64,000 nt of DNA from Raillietiella orientalis (lineage: Eukaryota). Within the stretch, counting starts at the first letter, position 1; each line of letters starts with the position of its first letter. The notes under the pieces were generated by a model. That model ran no database searches. It was not told the origin of the DNA and saw only the letters and a program-made list of their open reading frames with translations. This document shows positions 54,231 to 64,000 of the stretch, one piece after another. Made by a program: the position numbers and the translations under genes. Location: assembly GCA_036172245.1 (NCBI GenBank), contig JAYWIR010000012.1:3410001-3474000 (forward strand), given 5' to 3'.

Positions 54231-55503
54231 GCTACGGACAAACAAGGAGAAGAGGGGAGAGTGGAGAGGAATATAGAAAAAAAGAGGGGATCTTCATCCT
54301 CTGCTTTCCTTCAGGTGGTGCTCTAGCGCACGGGAAGAGTCCAGACCGCGGGAGCCGATGACAGACGGCTCCATCCCTAAGTCCATGCTGGCTGGAAGAC
54401 CATAAGAGACACGCAGCACAAGAGGCGGATGACCCTGCCTTCCTCATCGTCCCCTTGACCCTCTTTTCCTCCCTTCTGAGCGCGTTCTCCCCCCCCTCCT
54501 TGACTACCGACCCGGGCATCGGCGCTCTCCCCAGCTCGCGCGCCGCCGTCTCCAGGACACCCCAGCGGGCTATCTCCCCATTTTGGACGAAACTCGGCGC
54601 GCGACCGGGCTGGAAAGTTCATCTGGGTCCGAAAACCTGGCCTCTTTTGAGCGGGCTGCTGGACCCTTTCGTCCCACGAGTCAGAGGGTGCCGGGTAGGG
54701 AAGACTTCCGCGAAAGAGCTTTGCTAGGTCAGAGTCCGACCTAGCAGAGGGGTGCAAAGGAGGAACTTGGTATGACGACGGTGGTCACCTTTTTCCAGGG
54801 GAAAAGAGGGGAACGAGTTCATCACCTTGTGCTAGGGGCAGGCAGTAGCGTCCGGGTGAACGCCATCGTAACTGATGCAGCCTCTTCTTGACCTTCCATG
54901 TCCATGAGGAAGCAGCAGTCCTCCGATTCTGGACCGTCATGTCGTCAGCCTGGTGCGGCCGTCAGGTGCTTCAGCTCGTTTCCCTTGTCCAGACCGCCCA
55001 AGAGTCCCGGAAGAAGTGGAATCCTGCAGAATCGGTTTGAAGAACAGTGCGCGGTACCTCCATGATCCCGAAGCTGGGGAGCATCTCCGGCTGCAGCAGA
55101 GCGAGGGAGCCGAAGATGAGAGCCCTTGAGCTCGCCGGGGAGCGGCGTCTCGAGGGAGTGGCTGGAGGGAGAGATAGGAGTGTCTTTGCGCTGCCATCAT
55201 CTTGGCGCGCAGGATGAGGAATTAGTCGTGACGGGCAAAGTCGCAGTCCACGTAGGACCAGTGGTCCGCAAGAGAAGAGTCCTGAAGAAGACAGTGCATG
55301 TGTTCCTGTTCTGTTCCCCCCTTTCTTCGCCTGCAGGTCCCGGGAAGGAGGAGGGGTCCGGCCTGCATCCTTCCCGCGGCGCGCTCCCTCTTGGCGTTTC
55401 TGCGGGAGACTGGCGCTCCCCAGCCTGCCGGCGATTTCCGAGGCATCGACGATGCAGGGGCTGCTCCGTTGGTGGAAGACACGGCGCTGGCCCCAGGGCG
55501 GAG

Positions 55504-55595
55504 TTGGGAGGAGGAGGAAGAAGGGAGGAAGAGAAGAAGGAGGAAGGGAGGAGGAGGAGAAGGAAGAAGAAGGGAGGAGGAGGAGGAGGAAGAGA
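55504..55595 (+). repeat. Homopurine (GGA/GAA)n low-complexity tract
   Basis: About 90 nt of almost only G and A. Confidence 0.85.
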
Positions 55596-58500
55596 ACTTT
55601 GGAGAAGGCCATGCTCGAGATCTCTTGGGTGGTGACTGGGGCACATGCCGTTGGACCACTCCTCACGGTGCAGCGATGAGATGTTGGCCCGTCGCCCCTT
55701 TCGGGGGCCGACAATGTGGCTGAGAGCCTGGAGGACCCTCATCCGCACCGGAATTATTGAGAAGAAGCTCTCGGCCCCGGAGTTCCGGGAGGAATGCTGA
55801 ATACCTCAGCCACTCCCGTCGCAAACCAGGGATGCTCTCCCTCGGGGTTCGCTCGTTCCGGGATGGGGGGCAACGGACGTCCAGGCGACGGTTGGCACGG
55901 CAGCGGAGAGGTCGGGAGGTTGCCTTGGCGGTGCACTCGTCATCTCCTGTGATCCGATCTTTTTTCTCTTGGTTCCGGGAGGAGATGGAAAGGGGAGGGA
56001 GGGGAGGAAAAGTTCTTTCTCCAGGAGTGCCTGCGTGAGAAATGACGTCACGAAATCCTCTCTGACCGCGAGAGCGCAGCTCAGGGTGGCGGATCTGGCA
56101 CGAGGTCTTTCTCAGCCGGCAGGGATGCCAGAGTCCTGGTGGAGTGTAAAGGAGTCCGCAAGCGCCTCTCATCCAGGAAAGACGGGAAGTGATGGTGGTG
56201 GGACTCGCCCACACGCTGACTGTTCGGTCTGGCAGAAGGAGAGCCCCAGAGAAGTCCTCTCGGAGGTCCGTGGGATCTGACGGGGGAGCCGCTGCCGCAC
56301 CCATTGCGCTTCGCTCCCTGAATGCCCAGGGGGGAGGCGGAGAGGCACCCTGCGGTACCTACGGGATTTTCCGGAGAGAGGAAAAGGTTTTTTTTCGAGC
56401 CGTTCCGCAGGGAGGAACTGACGCCTTCCACCCACCCCGGACTGAAAGTCTCACCGACTGTTCTGAAAGGGAAGGGAAGCGGGGTGGGGCGGCGCAGACG
56501 AACTGGCAGGCCTGAAGCGCGGACTTCCTGAAACGAAGTTCCCCTCCTCCGTAGTTTCCCTTTGCTCCCGAGACCCATCGGGGAGTGACGGATGCAGGAA
56601 CGTCCTTTCCCCCTTTCCTCCTGCCCCTCCTCAAGGAAGCCCGTGGTTTAATCGGGGAGCAGGCAATCCTTCCGGATCTTCGATTTCACGGATGCAACCG
56701 GCTGCCGCTGCTGCATTTCGAGAAAAAGAACGACCCCGGGAGTAACTTCCCCCGTATCCCGTCGCTCTCGGCACGCCTCTGGCCTCTGTTCTCTCTCGGC
56801 TGCCCTCTTCTTTACCAGGCTGCTCGAGGAATAGGGTCGGTCTCTCCTTCGACCTGCCTACGGTCATCCTTGACCCATTCCTTCCCCATCCCCCCCACTA
56901 ATCAAGCAAACGAGGACGAACGGCGAGCCTCCTCAGCGGCAAACCGGGAGAGGATGAAGAAGAGGGCGAAGAGTGTCGTGCACCACCTGGGTAACGGGCG
57001 ATCGAGTGCTTCCCTCATCCCGTCGAGAGGGGGAGGCAGAACGCGCAGCAGTGGCACCACAACATTAGATGGAAAGCGGGCTCGACCTGACTTTGACCAG
57101 AGCTCACGGAAGATCCTCTTGGAATGAAGGTGAAGGTTCCAGAGAGAGGAGGGAGGGGGGAGAGAAATTCCCCTGGATTTTCGCCCGGGAAAAAAGCACT
57201 CCCGAAAACCAAGCCCGCCAAAGATGGGGAGCTCTCGATGCCCAAGGACGCGAGCGCCCATTGCTGCGAGAGATCCAAAGAGATGAGCTCTTCGCGTCTC
57301 CAGAAGCCCGGAGGGTTCCTCTGGGCTTCTTGGGAAGTGAGGTCTTCCTTAATGCGGAAGGGCGACCGTCCTCTAGTCTTTTCCTCCTTCTGGAGGAGGT
57401 GGATTGGAGAAAGCGGGAAAAGGAAGAGGGAGAGAAGAAGAGGAGGAAGCGTCTCTTTGGATCTCTCGTAGAGGTGGAGCAAAGGCGAGGAACGAAGGAA
57501 ACCCCCAACGGAGGGACCAGTCGCCGTCTTCCATCCAGGAATCAGAGGTACTCCTGGGGGAGATGACTGACGCGAAGAGGCGCGATCAGTGACCTCCGGG
57601 AGTTGCTGAGAAGGCGAGATGCAAGAAGGGAGGGGCCCGCGAGACGGGAGAAGGCGGGGAGCAGAAAGCGAGGTGGAGAGAGAAAGTTCGGGATTTTCCG
57701 CCCTTCCAGCTCGCGGGCACCTCGGGAGCACCCCGAGAACTGCATTGCATCGTCTCCTCCTCCTTGTCTTTCCTTCTTCGCAGACCAGGGGCCTTGGGGG
57801 ACCGGGACTCCAGGATCCGTGCCCCGGTGAGTGCAGCTTCCCCGCTGCCCGCGCTCGAGACCATCTCGCCGGCCGGCCGGCGGTTCACTGGAACGCGAGT
57901 AGGGCGGGTGAGAGCAGGAGCCACGGGCGGCCGGGAGCCGCGACTACTATCGATCTCTGCCTGCGCATGAGCGGTGGTGACCGCCATCGCCGGGCTCTCG
58001 GCTCGTTCCTGCATCCTCCTCCACCTCCACCGCAAGGACTCCGTGCCTGGGTCCCCTTTCTGCCTTCCGCGTTCCTCCGACTTCTTTTCCCTTTCGTTCT
58101 TCCTCCGCCGCTTCCGACCGTTATCGCCGCCGTCTCCTCTCTCGCTGTGCTGCCACTGCAGCTGTCGGATTCCTCGTGGACGTCCCCCCTCCTTCCTCCC
58201 ACAAGTTCTCTGAGAAGGCTAAGGAGGCGGGCTTTGGCATGTGTTCACAGGAGCTCCCTTCGGGAGACCCCCAGCCTCGATTCGCTCCCCCACCTTCGCC
58301 AGAGATAAGTCGAAAAGAACGGGAGAAAAACTTGCCGAACGAACAGACAAAAAAAAAGGGCCCAGTCCTGTGAGGGGACACGGTTTCCCCTGGCAGCGTG
58401 CGTGTCCTGAGGGGGCGGATGAAACCATCAGTCTTCCTCTCTCCTCCTTTCTAGCCACGTCCCCGCGCAAAACCGGTTCCCCCTATCCCAAGTAGGCGGA

Positions 58501-58599
58501 TCGCTTGCTGCTTTCCTGTTGGACGTCAGTTTTTGGACGGGGATGCTGCGGGAACCCACTGTCCCGATGGACCCTGGAGTCGCCGGCTGCTCGAGGGCA

Positions 58600-58812
58600 A
58601 AGTGAAGGTGGTGAAGGAGAGGAGGAAGAAGGGAGGAGGAGGGCGAAGAGAGGAGGGAAGAGGAAAAGGAAGGGAGGGGGGAGGAGAAGGAGGAATGAAG
58701 GCCGAGAAAGAGAAGAAAGGAAAAGAAAGAGGAAGGGAAGAGGAGGAAGAGGGGTAGGGGAGGAGGGAGCAGTAAAGAGAAGGGAGGAAGAGGATACAAG
58801 GAGAAATAGAGG
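58600..58812 (+). repeat. Homopurine (GGA/GAA)n low-complexity tract
   Basis: About 210 nt that is overwhelmingly purine on plus. Confidence 0.85.
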
Positions 58813-60606
58813 ATCTTGGTTGGACCTCCAGAAAAACACAGAGAAGGCTTCCTAGCCGAGACATGAGCGAGGGAAAGTCCGGGTCTTTGTTTGCTTCCCG
58901 GGAGCGCAGGACGGCGAGTCGTTGGCGGCGGCTCCAAGATTTTTCTTTGTGCGCGCCTCCTCCCTCAGGAAACTTCGGCAGCCACCTACGCGAGAGACTG
59001 GGGAGAAAGACGGACTCTCTCAAAGGAGGGTCAGAGTTCGGTAAGACCGCAAAGGGATCCTGGAATAAGGCAGCAGGAGGGGGTCGGAAAAAAGAATGGG
59101 TGCGACACTTGTCGAGGGAGGGCCTGGAATAAAAGCAGCGCCGTTCCTCCTCGTTGCATCCCACCGTCCCCTTCCTGTCTCTTCCGGAAAGTTCGCAGCT
59201 CCCCACCTCCGTGCCCGGCAACGAGAAGAGTCAGTAAGGCTCCCCTTCTTCCTCGCCCTCCTCTACGAGAGCTGCAGCTGAAAGCTGCTAGCGGATTTTC
59301 GGTAGCGGACCGAGAAGGATTCGGGTTTCTGTGGCAATGGCACGAGACGGGGCCCGTTCTGTCCTACCGAGGAGTCATGCACCTCTTTCGGTGGAGCTCT
59401 TTCGGGAGTCTCCCGTCTCCGAAAGAAGGGAGGGGAGCAAGGCTCGAGTGAACCATCGAGTTGGGTGGAGGTGGGAAAGAAGGAAGGAAGGAGGGACGCT
59501 GATCACGCTCCTGCGCCAAGCAGACGCGAGCGACCCCTTTCCCCCCTCCCTTCGCCCCACGAGACTCTTGCGGGTTCCCTTGGGCGCAGTGTTGTCCCAC
59601 GTTCGCCCTTCGTGCGGTCACCTCCGACGTGTTTCCAGTCATGCACTGATCTCTCCCTCGGGCCGTTTAGCGGTCCCTCCCCTCCAGGACTGCTCTCTGG
59701 CGCAGTGGCGGAGGAGAGGCGACACTTGATGAGTGATCCTTCCTGAGGGAACGAATTCCCACCTTCCCTGACAACCGGATGACTCGTACTCGGATGTGGG
59801 AGAAGGCAGGGGGGAGTATTTGTAGCACGCGCATTCCACGCGGCACGTGTGCGCGCTCTCGACGAAAGTGAAAGACGAGATGGCGGAGAAGAAGGAGGCG
59901 CGCCTTCTGTCCCTCTCGGCACGTTGCTAAGGTACCACTTCCCTTCCCCGCGTAGACGGGGACAAACCTGAGGAGGAAAGGTGCTCACGGCAGGGAAGAA
60001 CTCGCGCAGGAAGAGAAAAAAAAACTTCTGGACAAGGGCAAACTTCTGGACCTTCTCCTCCTCTCCCCTTCCTTTTCTTCCGCAGTTGCCGCCCCGAGCT
60101 GCCACCACGCGCGCACGGGCCGGTGCGCGGGCAGCGACAGCACAAAGGTAGCACGATGGGCACCCTTGTAGGGTTGCAAGTCGACTGCACTCCTACCCTC
60201 TTCTGTCCCAGATGGCTCGGAATCGAAGCCGGAAGGGGACCCCAGAATCTTCCCCTTGGGAGAGGAAGCACCTGTGGCTACAGTCGCAGAGAGGGACTCC
60301 TCTTCCAGGGACGAAAAGATCCCAGAGGAGGCAGGGAGGGGAAGCAGCGGAAGGCTCTGCCGGAGAACTCTTTGTGGAGGCGCTTGGGTTTCTCAGCTTC
60401 GCGACCTGCTTCTCCCGAAAGATGCAGGGAAGACGTCCCCCTTCTCCACGACTCCCGAGCGCGGTGCCCCCAATGAGGTGGTGGTCCCCCGACTACGGGC
60501 TCCCCAGCGGAGAGGATCGACTGGAGCGTGGGGGCGGCGCTCGCGCTCGCGCTCTCTCCCGCCTGGAATTTTTTCTATTCCTCTCATTTCCAGTCGGTCG
60601 CATCCT

Positions 60607-60726
60607 GAGAGGAGGAGGAAGAGGAGGAGAAAGAAAAGGAAGAAGAGGAGTGGGAAGGGAGGAGGAGGAGAAAGAAAGGAAGAAAGAGGAAAAGAGGAGG
60701 AGAAAGGGAGGAAGGGAGGAGAAGAA
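60607..60726 (+). repeat. Homopurine (GGA/GAA)n low-complexity tract
   Basis: About 120 nt with a single T interruption. Confidence 0.85.
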
Positions 60727-63700
60727 TCCATATTCGGACGTGAAATAGGGAGGGGAGGCAAGTCCATCTCCAAGATGAGAGTGAGTCGTTCGTTCAGTCC
60801 GCTCCGTCACCAGGCGCACGTGCCTGCTCAGACCAGCGTTATGGAGGGGCTGAAGAAGAGAGAGAGGACGGAAGGATGGAGCGGTATGTGGAGATCTCGT
60901 CTCTGTAGCTTCCGTCTCGCCACTTTTTGCCCTCAGGCATTCGGAGCGGGAAGAAGAAGAACAAAAAAATGAAAATTCACGCGCTTCCTAGCATTTGCAG
61001 TCCCTGGAGGAGTTGCATGGCTTCCTCCGGGAGCACGCTGCCGACTCAAGACCTAGCCAGGAGACACCCGGCGCTGGATCTAGGGATGAAAGCGGAGGGA
61101 GGAAGGAGCAGGAGGAGGAAGGGAGAGTTCGCTGCCCTGCGCTCGCGGACGGGAACGCGTGCGTGTTCCCTGGAGCTCCCGGCGACGCAGCTTCGTTCTC
61201 CCGTCGGAACACGTGGGTTCCTTCTCGCCCCTTCCTGATAAGGACTGCGGAGCTGGAGATAAGGATGCGAGCTCTCGGGGGAACTCCTGCTGCTCCCGAA
61301 CTCGCTTCCCCAGCGGGTCCAGGCTGCGAGCGTAGGCAACTCCGCCGGAGGATGGAGTTCCCGCGCGTGCGTGGTCGGCGGCAGGATTTTGGCCAATCTC
61401 CCTGGGGCTTCCCTTCCCCCTGCGCCCCTTCCCGATGACCCCGCCGCTCCCACCCTTCCTCCCGGGTTCGACTCCCCGCAGCTGCCGAGGGTGCCGAAGG
61501 CCCGCCGACTTTTCTCTCCGGGAACGCCGGACTTTCCAGATTCCTGGATGAACTACTCACATTCCGTCGTCGCGGTTGTGGGGGGGGGGAGGGGAAGAAG
61601 ACCGTGAAGAGAGAGGAAGGGCGGAGGGGAAGGGGAAAAAACCGGTCTTCTGGGATGCGGAGGGACGTCCTTCCAACCCTCTGCCCCACGCCGCTCTCTT
61701 CGGCAGAGACCACGCCGACTCCCGGGTAGGGAGAGCGGTTTCCTAGGACGAACGTCCTCGCCCGGGGGCAGCGTCCTTTTGCCTCCGGGCTCACTCACGG
61801 TCCCGCGCAGGCGGCTGCAGATGACCATACATGCCGGCAAGGCAGAGCGGACTACTTTTTTTTGTCCCTCTTCCTCCTTCCTCTCCCGTCTCTTCCTCCG
61901 CAACGACGCGCGCGCGCGGGCTATTAATAGATTGGCATCTTCCGCTCTCCAGTCCGGCGACTGATCCTCCCGTCCGCTTCCGGGAGAACGCAGGCGTCCT
62001 CCTTACAGCGGCGGCACCGGGTACCAACTGCCGGGGATCGAAACCCGCCAGGATGACGTCATCTCCGTTCTCCGCGATCGCCTCCCAGCTTTCTCGTGGT
62101 GCACCGCCGGGAGCGACTGCACGCGCTTCCCTCTTCCCTTATCCTCCTCCTCCCACGGCGAGGACGAAGAGGGGTCGGTGGGGCGGGTGGGGAAACGATG
62201 CGGCGGCTTCCTGTCAGGCGCTTGAGGTTGCCGGAGGAGGGGATCTCGGGGAACTGCGGAGGGAAGACCTGCCTCCTCTCCTTTCCTCTTACTGAGCACG
62301 GAGCTCTGGACTGCCGGATTCCGCATGGCAGTCCAGGACTCCCCATTCTGAACGCTTGTGGGATGAGGAGGGGAGGAACGAAAAAGCAAGGGAGTGTCGA
62401 GAGTTCCTCGGGAGCAGGACCCCTGTAACCGCTATCCCGTCCTCCTTGCGCGTCCCTTTCCCTTCTCCCCGCCGACCCTCCCTCCGTCCCGGAAGGGGTT
62501 GCTCGAGAAACAGCGAACGAGGAGAAGGAGGAGGAGGAGGAGGAAGAGGGAGGGGATGCGAGGAACGGGACCGAGGGAACGTGCTGGTCCTGTCCCTTTT
62601 CCCTTTGCCTGCTATTCCCTTTCCTTAACGCGCAGAGCCCGAGATTTCCCATTGGGAAGGAGTCCCGGACACGCACGCCGATGCCCTCTTCAACGGGACA
62701 ACGCGCCCCGGAGGTCGCTCCAGAAATTCATCGGGAAGAGGGGAGCGGGGAGGAGGTGAACCTCCTCGTCGCTCCCTGGGCGCCGGTAGGACGCCCTGCA
62801 GTCTCGATCGGAGTGAGAGAGGAGGAGAGGAGAGCGAGACCAAAAGCTAAGGGCGATGACGAGAGAGGACATAGGCGACCAGGAAGGAGGATTCAAGTGA
62901 AAGAGGATGAGAGGGAGCAGCAGGGAGACCTTCCTGCGGAAAGAGGAGTGAACATGTATGGTGTCCACTAGGGGATTCCCGGAAAAAGCCCTAGCCCTAG
63001 CTCAGATTTGCCTAGACTCCAACTTCCGGGATGCTCCTCCACCCTCCCACTTCCTTCTTTTTTCTCCCCCGATATCTCCCTCTCCCAGCCTTCCGGTAAT
63101 CCTCGCTGCACAGCCTCTTCTGGAGGCGGGGAACGGAGCGAGAGGTGGGACCCCTCCGCCATTGGGTGAAAACCGGTGTCTCCCTCCCTCGGGAGGAACA
63201 TGCGTGTCCCGGTTGACCTCCCCTGTACCATGAACTTCGGAGGCTGCCGCAAGGCGGGCACAAGATTCACGGGTGGCTCCAAGAAGAGATCTGACCCGCC
63301 TCCTCAAGTCCCACGCGAGCCTCACGAGCGACCGGATATGTGGCGGGAGGGGCAGTAGGGACCGTCCTTCCTCTTCTTTTTCTCTCAGGAAGAGATTCTT
63401 CCGCGGCCTCCCTTTAGGAGGTCGAAGGAGGAAGTGGAGGAGGAAGGTAAGAGGAGGTGGAAGCAGAGAAAAGGAGGAAGAGGAAAAGTAGAAAAGGAGG
63501 AAGGGAGCTTCTCGAATCGTCCGGGCAGCACGCATGGTAACGGAGATCAAAGACAAGGAGCAGCGTTCCCCGGAACCTCGAAAACGAGACAGGGAGGAAA
63601 TGCGGGTGGAGTGTTTCCTGGAAGAGATCTCTTCTCCCTCCCACCCACTGGGAGAACCGGTAAAAGGAGGAGCGGGAGACCAAGGACCCCTCTTGGGGTC

Positions 63701-64000
63701 GGACTGAGAAGGAGGCAAGGGACGCCAAAGTTCTGGAAGTCTCCAAGAGACCTGCCGCTCCCTGGATTCCGATGAGAGCCTCTGCTTCGATCGGGGAAAG
63801 GGGAGGGGCCATCCTGACCCCCTCCCGAGGACAGCCTCCTTTCCGCCTCTTGAGAAGCTGCAGCCGAGGGGTCTGCGTCGGCGTCCCGGCAAGCGGGACG
63901 TCCTTTCTGGCTGGCTGCCAGAGCCCGGGATCGGTCTGGCTGGGAACGGGTAGGGACTTCCTAGGGAATCACTCCAGGGATTCCCGGTGACGACCGCCCG

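Noticed and set aside
41850..64000. Many long overlapping ORFs in the GC-rich half, other than the RT and APE frames
   Set aside because: Low-complexity Arg/Pro/Ser/Gly translations on both strands, as expected from stop-poor GC-rich DNA; no recognisable domains.

Overview
Eukaryotic, probably arthropod, genomic DNA with two very different halves. Bases 1-21.7 kb are AT-rich and hold three intact, compact spliced genes, several with very short (42-57 nt) introns: CoREST/RCOR (minus; ELM2-SANT-GATA-like finger-SANT, about 491 aa), Ena/VASP (plus; EVH1, Pro-rich, EVH2, about 420 aa) and a Dorsal-type Rel/NF-kB (plus; RHD+IPT+NLS, no ankyrin repeats, about 540 aa). Bases 22-34 kb are transitional. 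They contain exons of a candidate orphan gene ending in a TRIM37-like C4C4 RING finger, a TTAA-flanked piggyBac-type MITE and several inverted repeats. Bases 34-64 kb are GC/CpG-rich and dominated by decayed L1/Tx1-like non-LTR retrotransposon pieces: one RT-containing copy, one APE endonuclease fragment and about 8 copies of the 3' end. The most interesting observation is a repeated unit (tRNA-derived head + conserved core + cUUCGg-hairpin minisatellite) that is joined to a LINE 3' end in antisense orientation in all three copies, once as a clean insertion with a probable target-site duplication. The LINE 3' UTR carries three hairpins, one of fixed 25-nt length with compensatory base changes. 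All alignments and folds were done by eye; no database search was run.
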